A program made the translations under genes and the position numbers. 64,000 bases of DNA, taken from Monocercomonoides exilis PA203 (lineage: Eukaryota; Protista; Preaxostyla). The notes beneath the pieces were generated by a model, which saw only the letters and a list, made by a program, of their open reading frames with translations, had not been told where the DNA came from and did not search any database. Location of the stretch: NCBI GenBank assembly GCA_001643675.2, contig LSRY02000042.1, positions 434,001-498,000 of the forward strand, read 5' to 3'. This document shows, piece by piece, positions 12,380-25,805 of the stretch (its first letter is position 1; each line of letters starts with the position of its first letter).

Positions 12380-15100
12380 CAGAATCATTGGGGGATATTC
12401 TTTCGAAGGGGATCAATGGGCGGAATGGACTGACTGATCTTCATCTCCAATTCAACACCACAAACAATCAGTTCAGCTTTTTCTTCTTCTTCTCCTCCTC
12501 CTTCTCAGCCAACCGATGAAATTGTTATGATCCCAGTTATCATCCCCTCTCAATCTGTCGAGAGTCCTTGCAAACTCACTTTTGCCAAAAAGACTTCAAA
12601 CTCAGTGTTTTTGATTTTTCTCCTCATTCCATCGATCTCGAACAGTCTGTTTCCGAGGATAAGATCCCAAAATAATAATGAAAAACACTTTGAGAGGATG
12701 AATGGTCAAAGTGAAATCTTCATCAGTGGAAAACAGGTGGAACAAAAATGAACAGAATGGATCCTGGAATGACTGAAGATAGATGTGCAGGAAAGGCAGA
12801 ACGAAGATTCAGTTTGTTTTCTGAACAACATATCCTTTTTCTCAAAAAAAAAGGGAAATTCAGCCAGATGCAAATCAACAGACCATTGAAGGCAGCACAG
12901 AAGAATGCTCATTTCAAGATGGACAACCATTTCATGGTGGAGAAATTGACTTTGAAGGAGATTGGTCAACTTCCCCAGATCTGTCGAGGTTTATTTCCTC
13001 ATTCCAAAGCACACTGGGCTCACTTCGAACCTGTCTTTCGAGTTCAATGAAAGATGAGAAGATGATTGAGGAATGTCTTTCTGTTTCAATCTCACACACA
13101 GAGACTTGACATTCTCATCCTCAAGGTCACTCTTCATATCAAGTGAAGATAAATATTGAAATGTGTTGCATTTCATTCCAAAATCAAAATGCTTCATGAG
13201 GATGGAAGATGTTTGAAAAAGGCAACGATGGAGGTGGTATGTTGGCTGAGCATTGATGTTTAACACTGAACAAGGAAAAGAACAAAGTGGGAAACCAAAT
13301 GGAGCATCGACTTCGTGGGATGAAGAGGTGATAATGAGAATGCTTCGATCGAGCTGAAGAGCCAACTCCTCAGGGAGTAATGACAACAGCGTGTGTAATG
13401 GATGAGATGAGCAACACACACAACAAAACAGTGAAGGTGAGGACTTTGTGTCATTCAATATCCAAGTCAGCAAATTGCACTTTGTTCTCATGGACTCCAG
13501 TTTCCTCATGAAAAGATGGTTCACAATCCTCAACAGAGTCGATTGGAATTCACGTTGGGAATTGTGAGGGCTTGATCAACAACAGCATCAAGAGAAAATG
13601 AGAACAATGGAAACAGTGATTGAAAACGTGAAAGGCTTGGGAATTGATGGATGTTTTGAAATCAGAAGCATATTCAACAATGGATGCTTCACCATTCCCT
13701 GTTGGGGTTTTGCTAACAATTGTGGGGAACATTCAACAGTTCTTCAGTATATTCTCCAATGCATTCAGGAAGCAAACGTTGAACAACAAGGAACTTCTGG
13801 CATTCCTCCTTTTTATCGATCCTTTTGTTTCCTGTTTGGAGGGAAATAAATCGGGCAACCTCCAATGCTCTGACAACGCCCTGAAGGCATTCATTATTAA
13901 CAGGTGGGGAGTGGAAATAAATTGAATTTCTCTTCTCAGGAAGATTCGATCGGAATGCCAATTGATGGATCTGACTGTGAGAGCAACCAACATTTCTGGG
14001 GAATGGAAGTGTATTGCCAATGTTATCCATCATGGAAGAATCAAATCTGGATCACATTTGGAGAAGGAAATGACTCGACAAATACATTTGAGAGCTAAAA
14101 AGGAGGAGCTCATCTGAGGAGAAGGCGAAAGAAGAACAGGGGCACCAGAGCCTCCAGGAGGGAACATGTCACTGAATCCACATTGGTTGTGTAAGAAGAA
14201 GAAAAAGAGAAATTGTGTCAGCTGGGGATGAGACAAAAAGGGATTTCAGAAAGAATGTGAAAGAGACAGATTGGAGGCTTTATTGCTTCTGTTTCAATCA
14301 TTTGTCCAAGGAGTGGAAATGAATGCATCTGGGACAATTCCCAAAGAAGTGCGATGATGGGAGTGAGATATTCATCAGGTTCTTCATGTTCCTGAGTGTG
14401 GAGGGTTTTCATATGGGTGACTATCAGCCACACACTCAGCCCTCTCTCACATCTCCAAAATCTTCTTCCAGATGATTGGTGCACAAAAGACCACACAAAC
14501 GGAAATGATGAAACACGAGCTTGTCTCCTATTATTATTCATATATGACTCATTCAATGAAATCCTTCCCTTCCTCAAACACACAATAAAGTGTGTTCATG
14601 TGGAAATGTTGTTCGCCCCTTGCTGATTTGGGGAGCTTGTACAGATTTCAATGACAGTCTCAATTGTTGGCCCAAGAGCTCTGCACCTTCAAATTAAACT
14701 CAACACAACAAATTGTCCAACATAACTGACAATTCCCCCTTTTTGACAAGTTGAACGATGAAACATTCTCTGAAAGAACGATTCTGTGCCTTTGGCATGG
14801 GATAAAGACAGAACACTCAGGACTCGATGCATTTCTTCTCAACACGAAGGACTTCGCTCCACAACATTGAATGGGATTTGAAAGCTGATGTTGATGTGGA
14901 TGCACTTCATTTCAATTTCAAGTCTTTCCACTCTCACACACACATTCTCAAGCATTCAGCCACATCATCTCTGTTGCACAGCAAGGTTCTCAAAGTGCTT
15001 CTGGCCAAAAACACTCTTCTCTCACTGAAAGCACACTCCCCATCAAGATTCTTCCTCTTCCCCGACCTTTCTCACCAGATGGCCAACCAAGAAATTTCAT
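12380..15100 (+). mobile_element. Decayed DIRS-type (tyrosine-recombinase) retrotransposon: RT, RNase H and YR remnants
   Basis: Motifs recovered across frameshifts. RT: KKKGKF..RPL....HFKMD (~12840-12925), GDWSTSPDLS (~12960), LSFEFN....GMSFCFNL (~13030-13095), TLNKEK..IDFVG (~13265-13320). RNase H: TMDASP, NNKELLAFLL, SDNA....INRWG (13644-13925), VRATNISG. YR: RACLLLLFIYDSFNEI (~14515-14565), HILKHSAT (~14940), KAHSPS..FF (~15030). The RT-RH-YR order is that of DIRS elements. Boundaries are approximate. Confidence 0.8.
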
Positions 15101-16380
15101 TATCTGAATCCCACATATCATTTTTGTTCAGCATCACCCCATCTCTCACCCACAACAACCATTCTCCACAATCACACAAATTTCCATCTTGCCAAACCAA
15201 CAAAAATCATCAGGCTTGGCCTTCACCCAGTTCAGCCCTTGACCTCTCGTCACACATATGTGTGACTTGTCCATCAAAAACTGAGGAATCAGATCATAAG
15301 AAGTTCTTACACTGCAGAATGACCAGGGAAGAAGACAAAACAAACCCAAACACATTCTCAAGCAAATCGAGACAAACAGTCAATAAATGAGAGAATCGAC
15401 CAATTTCATTCACTCTCAGTCAAATCAACAACATTTCTCTTGTTCATCCAGAACATTGTTCTTCCCGCCTCTCAACAGAAAGAATAATCAAAGAGAGAAG
15501 AAATCAAGAGATTCCATTTTGTTCTCAGTCCCAATGACAAATGCCAAAGTCAACACCGAAAACTTAACCCAATGCTAAAGCCAAGAATGCCACAGAATAC
15601 AACATCAGTCACAACGACCAACAACAATCTGCATCTCATCAACATTCCAAAATCACAACAATGATCACACCATCCATTCTCACTCACTCCTCAACACTTC
15701 AATAAATTTCGCTTTTTCACAATCACTTGATTTTCCCTTTGTTCAATTCATTCACTTCGCACATTTGTGTTCTTTTGTGGGCAACTGGTCACTTTGTCAG
15801 GAATTCACTCCCAAAGAATTGAAAGGAATCGAAGATTGGTTGTTCCCCTTCAGAAAGCCATCTTCACCAACAAAGTGATTCTGACAAGGAACTGGTTGTT
15901 TCATCAGACATTGTTTCATCATCTTTTCTGTCGTGTGTTTCAAGCTTCTTTGTTCACAAAAATGACAATCGCCATTTGCTCAAATCAATCACATTTCATT
16001 TCCAACTTTCTCAAAACCGAATTTTCTCAACATTCGTTGTGAATGTCGTCTCATGTCATTTTTTGTCAATAACACCACGCATCTTCGTTGTTGTTGTTGC
16101 AATGAATCAATTGGAAAAAAAAGAAAAAAAAATCAAAATCATAAAAAACTTATTCAATAAGTGTTTTTGATGAAATCTTCGTCTTCGCGCATTCAAATAA
16201 CATTCAAAAACGAATAAACTCAAACCAACCAAAAAGACTGATTGCAGCTCCATATCCAACTTCATGCTCCTGAGAAAAAGTCCCAAAAGTGAAATGAAAT
16301 CTTGTCAATCATTATTATCTCCCAACAAAACATCCGATTTCTCATCGAATCATGTTTCTGTGAAGTGAATGCGATCGGTT

Positions 16381-16429
16381 CTCAGTTCTCAGTTCTCAGT
16401 TCTCAGTTCTCAGTTCTCAGTTCTCAGTT
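16381..16429. repeat. Heptamer tandem repeat (CTCAGTT)7
   Basis: Seven perfect copies. Confidence 0.95.
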
Positions 16430-16670
16430 CGCAAAGCCCAAAATCGCTTCTCTTTCTTCTTCTGCAAAGCGGCTGAATTCTCTCATCAGGGTTTCCTTGT
16501 GGACCGCAACAATATTCTTCAACGACGCATTCAACACTATTTATTGTTTCACATGAATTTCATGATTATTTCACGCAATTTTGTTGAATAAATGAAACAA
16601 TAATCAGGTTGGAATTAAAAAAATAAATAAATAATAAAAAAATAAATTTATAAATATTCAACAAAATTAA

Positions 16671-17007
16671 TTAATATTTCTTCCACAAACCATTCATCAC
16701 TTCATTCAATCCATTTGGCTTCAACTTTTTGTTCAACATCGTTTCTTTTGTCGAATTCCTTGTTTTCGAATTCAATTGATGGCTGCCCACAACTCTCAAA
16801 ACTGCTGAAATCTCATTCAGCCTCAAATGCATCTTCAGAAGAGGAGAAATCAAATGCGCAACAGAAAAAGGAAGATGTTTGTTGTTCCATTCTGGCTGGT
16901 CGAATGGAGAAGAGGGAGAAGAAGAAGAAGAAGAAGAAGAAGAAGAAGAAGAAGAAGAAGAAGAAGAAGAAGAAGAAGAAGAAGAAGAAGAAGAAGAAGA
17001 AGAAGAA

Positions 17008-17040
<33 letters not shown>

Positions 17041-20000
17041 TTATTTGAAGCATTTATCAAACACTCAATCAAACGAATAGCATCACACAGCACTTCACAA
17101 TCCCCAAACAGAAAGCAAGAATAATCAAAAACTGATGGAGCAAAACTGAAAGGAGAAGGCATGGAAAATCGGCTATTGTCATCATTTTTATCATCATCAT
17201 TATTTCCTGATTTAATCCACTTTCTTCTGATTTTTCCTTTCAATTCGAAGAAAAACACTCGAAAAGAATAGAAAAGGCGGATGAAAAACAGCAAAATGGA
17301 TTTTATTGTTGATAGAAAACGATTTTTGAGAAGAGGAAGAAATATTCCTTCTTCTTCTTCCCTTTCTTCCCTTTCTTCTTCTTCTTCTCTTCCTTCTCTT
17401 TCTTCTCTTTCTTCATTTATTCTTTCATAATCTTCATCTGCTCCTCTGTTCTTTCTGTTCTTTCTGTTTTCTCTAATTTCTCTGTTTTCGTCTTTGCTTC
17501 CTCTTCGATTGCTTCTTCTATTCTTTTCCGAACAAATCCAATCAATTTGCTCGTTTGCGAGGAAAACTGGTGCAAAAACTCGATTCCATTCATCAAATGA
17601 GAAGGAACAAGAAGAAGAAGAAGAAGAAGAATTTTTCATCCAATCTTCAAATAGAGTTGAATACGAAGAAGAAGAAGAGAAAGAAGAAGGAAGAGGAGGA
17701 ATTAAAGAAGAACAAAATTCCATTCGCGTTCTGAAGTTGATGAGCGGATTGATTGGCAGAAGAAGAGAAGAACAAGAAGAAGAAGAAGATGATGATGATG
17801 AAGAAATTGAAGAAGAAGAAGAAGAAGGATTAACAGTTTTCTGAACCAATTGGAGGAAAAAGGAAAGAGGAAGAAAACGCCAATTGTCAAAACAAGGAGA
17901 ATAACGAGGAGAAGAATAAGAAGAACAAGAAGAAGAAGAAAAGGAAGAAATTATCAAGTGAAAAGGGAATATTTTTTTGAGAAGAGAACAAAGAGAAGAA
18001 GAAGAAGAAGAAGAAGAAGAAGAAAGAGAAGAAGCAAGATTATGATCGTTGTTGAGAAACATAACAGATTCAGTTGTTCTCCAAAGAGAATCATAAAGAA
18101 GCGAATGAAGAGAATGGAGATAGGAAACATCTTCTTCTGAGAGGAGATAGAAGGAAGGGGAAAATGAAGAAAAGGAAGAGGAAGAGGAAGAACAGAAAAG
18201 AAGACGATAAATACAAACAAGAGGGAAAAGAAGCAACTTAACTGCAAATTTGAGGAATTTGGTGAATTTCAATGAAATGTCCAACAACTTTGGTGTTTTC
18301 TGTGTATTTTGTGGGAATGTTGGTTGCTCGGAATAAAATGAGTTGCAGAATATTTCATTGTTTCCTTCTTCATTTCCTCCTCTTCTTTCTCTTCTTTCTC
18401 TTCTTCCTTTAATTCCCTCTTCTTTATTTTCTTTCTCTCTTTCTCTTTCTCCTTCTTCTTCAAATCGATTATATCTCTTAAACTCACTTCTTCCTTCTCT
18501 TCTTCCTCCTCCTCTTCCTTCTCCCCCTCTTTCCCTCTCTCTCTTCATCTTCTTCCTCTTCTTCATCTCCTTCATCCTCTCCACATACAAACTGTCGCAA
18601 TAACTCACATATTGCTCTTTCTCAATCGGAATTCCCTTTGTCCGCTCCAAAAACGAGAAAACCAATGCAAACGGAGGGAAAAGCACTTCTGACAGAAGTT
18701 GGGGATTATTTGAAGAGAGGAGAAGAGAAAGGGAATAGGAAATGGGGAGAGAGGAAGGAGAGGAAGGAGGAGAAGGAGAAGGAGAAGGAGAAAGATAAGG
18801 AAGAAGAGAAGAAGAAACATGATCATTTTCTCTTTCTCCTCTTTCTCCTTCTCCCCTTCTTCTCATTTCTTCCACTTTTCCTTCTGATTCTTCTGCATAT
18901 TCTTCTTCTCCTTCTTCTTCTTCCTTCTCCACTTCCCTCTCCCCATCCAAGTCCTCTTTATCCACAACCCTCCTCACAATCTCCTTCATCACCATCTCTT
19001 TCGTCAGCAACGAGCATAACACTGGGATAGCTTTTCTTCTTCTTCTCCTCAGCTTCCCCAAATTAAGCCCCCTTTCCGCGCTTCCACAACTTCCTAAATA
19101 ACTGTTCGCACCCATCCCCTGTGCAACGTTTCGCACTGATCGAGGCTGTTGAGATAAAATGTCATCTTTTTGTGGATGTTTGTTTGAATGTTTGTGGCTT
19201 CCTTTATTGTTTCCTTCTCCTTCTCCCTCTCTTTCTTCTCCCTCTCTTTCTTCTCCTTCATTCAACAACAAATTTCTCTTCCAATTATTATTGTTGCAAT
19301 CATAACCACAACCATAATTATTCCCCCACTCGCACATATCGCCGGGAATCGGGTGTGACTGAGAAAGGGAATATGACAGGGAGTGTGAGAGAAAGCGGAG
19401 AATGATCACTTCTGCCTCTTTTCTCTGCATATTCGCAATGAACGGTGGAGTTTCTTTGGTGTATTTGTTGAAAAAGAGTGAAGAAGAAGAAGAAGAAGAA
19501 GAAGAAGAAGAAGAAGAAGAAGAAGAAGATGATGATGATGATAATGATAATGATGATGGAGATGAAGAAGAAGATGATGATAATGAAGAAGAAGGAGTCA
19601 AAGAATAATCATGATCGTTATAGACAGGAGTACTAATCTCTCTGAATTCCTCTGAAAGTGGCTCAGTGAATACAAAGCCCACAATATTTGTAGAGACAAG
19701 CAGAATAAACAGAACCAATGCCGCAAAGGAAATCAGGCATTTATCCAGCTCCTTTTGGCTGTCGGAGAAATTCGTGTCAGAAAACGACATTTCTCCGAAG
19801 GTGTAATTTGGATTATTATATTCACGATTATTATTGTTGTTGTCAGTTAAATCGCTAATTTCTCCGGCTTTCAAGAAAAATGACTGAATTTTGTTGATTC
19901 CGTAGAAAAAGAGGTGTTTTGAGAGGGAAAGCAACTTAGACACAAAATTTGGCTCATCTTTCCAGTTGAAGTAGTCATCACTGTAATATTCAAAATTCCC

Positions 20001-21218
20001 CCTTTTGAAGAGGCCAGATAGAGAAATGAAGGATTTCTTCACAACAAAGCCGAAAATGCCTTTGATTCTGATTTTTGACAGGGAATTGGGAGAAGAATAT
20101 AAACATAAAATAAATAAATAAATAAATAAAAATATTAAAATAAATAAATAGAATTACATTAAATTTTTCAGAAATAAAAAGTTAAATTAAAAAAAATTAA
20201 AAAAAAAAAAACACGTTTCAAAAATAAAATAAAATAAAATAAATTTATCACTCATAATAATAACAATTATTTATTTATTTATTTATTTATTTTTTCTCTC
20301 TCTTCTCCTCTCTCTCTTTCACTCACTCACTCATTCACTCACTCACTCACTCACATACTTATAATAACCGCATTCCTTCCCATTCACAAAGCCAAATGGC
20401 TGGTCCAGCTCGCCAAACAGCCCCTTCCCCTGCGCAAACGAATAGAACTGGCCCTGAATGTAGTTGTCTTCCCTTCTCAAGCACTTCAAAAGCACAAGCA
20501 GAAAGAAATAGCTCAAAAACACAGAAGCAACCAGCTGAACGAGCGGAAGCACGACTGAGCAAGCAAACAGCAGCAAATGCATTGCCCCCATCTGAAGATG
20601 AAATTTCGCTTTGAAAATGGCTTTTTGCACTATCACTGTAACATTGAACATCCCATTTCTCTCTGTTTTCCCATTTTCATTCAATAAACTTTGACTTTTT
20701 CTTCTTCTTCCACTTCTTCTTCTTCTTCTTCTCTCATATGCAGCCATCTTCCCTTTGTAGACTGCTTTCATTCTCCTGATGCTGTCAAATATCTGTTTCC
20801 GCTGTGGTGCCAGCGGGTTAAACACAAACGAAGGTGAACACAAAGCCACATTCCCAGGTAAATTTCTGTGTATGTGTGGATTTTCTCTGCTTGAACAAGA
20901 AATAAAGATTGCTAACACCCCGGAAAACAGTACAATTCTAAGCAGGTCTTCTTTCACGAATGCTTCGTCTCCAATAAAAAAAAAGGATGAACTCAAAACT
21001 CGGTTCAGAATATTGGCATGTAACCTCAGTGATAAGATCACACAAGAAATTAGCAATGTGACAAACAACAAAAAACCCCGAAACAGATTCAATAAAAGTC
21101 CATCTTTCCTTTGTGTTGAAAACGAAGAATTCCGAAAAATGTGCATCAAAGGAAATGACAAAGATAATCCAAATGGAAACAGTTGCAATGATGCAATATA
21201 AAATATTGAAAGGGTCAT
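16671..21218 (-). CDS. Uncharacterised multi-pass membrane protein with long Ser/Glu/Arg low-complexity tracts (>=1418 aa)
   Basis: ORFs 20343-21218 and 16671-20042 join in frame through a phase-2 intron 20068-20358 (GTATGT...TCAG). Several hydrophobic segments lie in the N-terminal part. Further 5' exons may exist around 21260-21490. Confidence 0.65.
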
Positions 21219-22349
21219 AGGTGTTGCGAATGCTACAAGTGAATGAATGAAATTTGTTTTTAATGATTTTTTGATCCTTCCACATGTTTTATCGTTACCA
21301 ACGAAAATTTGTTCAGATCCATCTTAAAAATTTTTAAAAAATAAACAGTTGATCTTTCAAAATAAATGTGCAAAACATTCATACTGTAAATTCTGATCCA
21401 ACGAAACGAGAAACTTATTAACATAAAAATTATTATTGATAAATTGGCCATTTTTTGGAAAATACGCAGTGTACAGGCTGTTGCGAACAACGATCCAAAT
21501 ATTTTTTTTCGTAATAATTTATTTAAAAATAAATGCGTATTAAAAAGTTACGTTAAAAAGGGAAATATTGTTATGAAAACCAGAATCAAATAAAATCCAT
21601 TTGAAAATGAAAATTTTCTCTCATACTTCGACATCGTGAAACCATATATAAAAGAATAATTATATAAGAAATTATCGCAACACGCAATGAGGATTTAATC
21701 TGTTGTTTTCGAAATCTGTTTCGAAAAAACGCACTACAAACTTCCATTCTGTCAAATAAATACATTATGGCTTTGATCATTGAAAAATTTTTTAACTTTT
21801 CTGAAATTAACGATGAATATTTATATATTTAAATCTTCAATAAAAATTTTATTAAAAATTGTTCTTTTCTGAGTTTGTGAAGAAAAATCCTAAGACGTTG
21901 TTCAATCTTTTTTTTTCAAAAAAGTTATGTGTGAGTCTGATTATTTTGCGAGAAATGGTTCACGTGAAAATGTCCAAAGAAATTGAAGAAATAAAATTGT
22001 GAATTTGATGCCTGAAACAAAAACAAAAATATTTTTATGATAGGAAATAATTATTTTGTAATATGAAAATCTATTGAAAGTTAATTGATTTGTTTTCTTC
22101 TCTTTTGAATTGTTCATCTTCATAACAAGAAAATAATTGGTCTAATATCAGACATTTTCTTTCGTTATCATTAATGTTGTTGATTTTTCATTCAAATGAA
22201 GTTGAACATAAAAATTTTATTTTCAGTTAAATAATCTTTTTTGAATATTGTTGGATTGTGAAATGAATAAAATAAAAAGAAAGAAAAAAGAAAAGAAAAG
22301 AAAAGAAAAATTGAAACTCTGAGAAACAAAGAATGAATGTTTCATTTCC

Positions 22350-23837
22350 TTAGATGTTCACTAAATAATCAGAAATATTCAATGATAAATCTTCAATATT
22401 ATTTTCTTCGTTAAGAAAACTAATCAATCCTCGAAAGCTAATTATGATATCTTCGTATCCTTCTTCTTCCATCTTTTCATACGCTTTCCTTTTTATCGTT
22501 TTTCTTTTCTCTTCTTCCTTTTCTTCTTCATTCTTTTCTTTCAATTTTTTTGAAATTGATAAGCAGAATATCAAACTTTGGCATGTCATTCTGCTTATCA
22601 TTGTTGATTGCTGAAGTTCCTCCAAAAAGAAACCAGCAACTCCACTCTCAAACAAACCATCAATTGTCGCATCTTTGTTGTCTGCTGCTGCTTTAAATAT
22701 ATAAATGCACTGCTCGTTGATTTCTCTGTGATTGATTCTTGATACTCGATACACTTGAACAACGCTGCTTAAAGGCAAAATAAATTCTTCATTCCTCAAT
22801 CGGAAAAAGCGAAAGAAAATCCCCAATGTGTGAAGCCACCTCCTTGTTATAAGCACTTCTTTGACTTCTTTTCCTCTTCTTTGTTCTTCTTTCTCTCCCT
22901 TCCAATCCACATATTTCATCAGTTCTTCCAGTTCTCTTCTTGCTTCTCTCTCAAAATGCAGTTCATTCATTATTGCATCTTCCAAACTTTCATCTCTTGC
23001 TTGATGCAGCCCATTGATAATAATTTTTTTAAAGATTTTATTATTAAAAAATCTGTTTATCAAAAACTTCCAAGCAGATTGATAAGCAAGTCGTGTCAGA
23101 TTGTGATGCATCTGATGATATTTGATAATCTCTTTGATTTCATTCAAGAAAAGTTCTCGTCCCGCTTCCTAATCAAAAATTCAATAAAAATAAATACCAG
23201 CAAATGAAACAAAAATTATTTAATAAACAAACAAGCTAAAATATGCACACCGTCCCTTGCCAAATGTTGCTCAAAGCCAGCAAAGCCATTTCCACTTCCT
23301 TTTGAGTGTTCTCATCGTTCCCTTTTTTCAATCCAGCTTTCACAAGACATGGTACATAAACTGATACCAAATCTTGTGAAATTTCAATTTCAAGTGTTGA
23401 ATAGCATTCACAAAGATCAGCCAGCAGCGCTTCGTCTTTTTCTTTTTTCTTATATTCATCAATAATCATCTTTTCAAATCTCCTGTTCAATTTAGTATGA
23501 TAAAAACAACTTCCCGATGCATCTTTCATTATTTTCCAATATCCAGTATTCTTCAATATCAAAATTACATTTTCCCATGATAATATCTTATCTTCAATCA
23601 TTTGATCCATTCTATTGAACAGATCTGTCGTGAAAACAGACTTGAATTCTTCTTTGTCCATCCTTTCCATTAGTTCATTCATATCTTCAATTTTCTCTTT
23701 TTGTTCATCAGCTGAGTTGTTGCTCAACTGCGAAAATAATTCTTCAAAAAATCAAGAAAGAAATGCAATCAAAAGAATTCAAAAAGAAAAGATGTTTGCA
23801 AACTAGTGAACTTTTCTATAATTCCTGTCCCCTGCAT
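22350..23837 (-). CDS. Lineage-specific alpha-helical multigene family protein, paralog 2 (intact, 3 exons)
   Basis: ATG 23837 (MQGTGIIEKFTKLFSQL after splicing), intron 23742-23803 (GTTTGC...GAAG, phase 1), intron 23169-23250 (GTGTGC...TTAG, phase 0), stop at 22350. Same motifs as paralog 1. Confidence 0.85.
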
Positions 23838-24559
23838 TTTTGAAAACAGAATGAGTGTGGAAAATAAAGCAATTTATATCATTCACATTGAAAGTGTTTA
23901 TGTTTGATAAAATAAAGTTTGTGTCTTATTTGAAACTCAATACAGAAATATAAATATCAACACTCATACCGTCATTTTTAGCATTTGTATTTTTGGCAAT
24001 TAATAACGGAGAAAGAATGAGTTTAAAAGATAAACTTTTGATGTTATGGGTTCATTGATCAAAATAGTTTCTTTGAACTGAAAAATGAATATGAAAAATG
24101 AGAGTGAGGTGAATGATCATTAATAAATTTTTGTGACGTGTGGCAAGTTTTGTCTTCATGTCCGTCAGTAAAGAAATTCCACATCAGTGTTTTTTTTTTT
24201 TTTTTTTTTTTTGAAAGTTATTTTATTGATGCACACATTTATTTATTTTATTGTTTTTAAAAATATTTTTTTTCAATGTTTTCAAAGACGAACACTTTCT
24301 TTCATTTCCCATAAATTGATTTTTTTTGTTAATTTTCAATGAATTATTCCTTCATAAAAGTTGTTGCGCATTGATTATGCAATTATGTTTGTTTAGCGTC
24401 TGCATGCTAATGTTTTATCAAATATATTTTCTGTTTATCACATTAACAGTTTGAACTTTTGAAAATGCCTCGATTTTTGATTTTCGTGTTCTTTTTCATT
24501 TTTTTAACCTTCCATTCACATCTAAATGCATTTAAATATCTCCTTCTTTCTTTTTCTTG

Positions 24560-25805
24560 CAACAAACTTCTTCAACTTTGCACGATTTTCCAAAAGCTCC
24601 TGTGATGTGCAAAGTGTCTGAATCTCTAAAAGAAAAAAAAAAGAAAGAAAAAAGAAAAAAGAAAAGAAAGAAAGAAACCTGGAAGATTGAACTTTTTCGA
24701 TTTGAACAGCCATAAATTTGAATGGTGTGAATGGGAAAATTCAAACAGTGAATCAAGTCGTGGAGGTGCACTTCATGTCAACTGCACAAATGCAAATCTC
24801 TCCATCACTTCTTTTTTATTCAACGAATGCTCGACAAACAGTTATGGCGGAGCAATTCGTTATGATAACTTGTTGAATATCTACATTGAAAAATACAATT
24901 TCACAAATTGTTCTGGACTTCATGGAGGTGCAACTTGCATAGCTTATCCACAATCCAATTCTGATTATTCATTCTCAGAAAACAGAGTCGAAAGTTGTTC
25001 AATAACAGGTTGGTGAGGAACTGGTTGGTGTTTTGGACTGAATAATAATCAGTTAAATTTTCAATTCCTGTTCACAATAAGCAAGTGCATCTCAAATTCC
25101 GATGGTAATGATTCTGGCTCTCTCGCATATCATTGGAATCCGAATTGCAAGCTCGACTTGTTTTCAATTGTTGAGTTTCAGTTCATCAATAATAAGTTAA
25201 CTTCTTCTTCCACATGGGGTGACGCCGGAATATACTTTGATGGAACTAACTCTTGGATGGATGGAATGAAATTCACAACTTTCCACTTTTTCGATGACAA
25301 CACAGCAGAAAATAGCAGGTGAAATGATGTGTTCTTCAGTGGAAGTTCAATAGCCCAATCTCCTTTCCGGCGATGTGGATCAACAACCCAAGCAAAAAGA
25401 GTGCATAATAATGGAAAGGCTGATAGCGATGTGTTCAATGGCTGGCTCCCCCTCGTTGCACAGAACAAAATCGTTTCTAACAGCGTGACTGATGTCAATG
25501 CCTGTGGCAGACCCCAACAGATTCCATGTGCCACCATCGAGAATGCTCTCACTGGCTTCATTTCCCTCCTCCAAGACGCCTCTCTCACGCTCCTCACTTC
25601 AATATTTACTCCTTCTCAAACACTCACATTCGGCGCAGTCGATACAAAAATCACAGGAAATGATGAACTTTATCTGTTTTCATCAGAATTTCTTCCATTT
25701 TCATCATTTTTAACAATAAACTTTCCTCAATCCTTTCATTTACTAATTTTGACTGTTTTCGATTTCATAGAAAAATTCTTGAGCTTTCATCTTCTTTTCA
25801 ACTGA
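24560..25805 (+). pseudogene. Disrupted Pmp/pectin-lyase-like beta-helix surface protein gene, copy 2
   Basis: FEWCEW, SRGGALHV, FNECSTNSYGGAIRY, HGGATC and NDVFFSG motifs are paralogous to copy 1. In-frame TGA at 25014-25016 and ~25320. Same abrupt end after TKITGN (~25662). Confidence 0.65.

Noticed and set aside
16381-16429. Interstitial telomeric repeat
   Set aside because: The unit lacks the G-run typical of telomere repeats and nothing indicates a chromosome end.
20343-21490. Assignment of the orphan membrane protein to TMEM161 or another named family
   Set aside because: Only vague N-terminal resemblance; no diagnostic motif could be confirmed.
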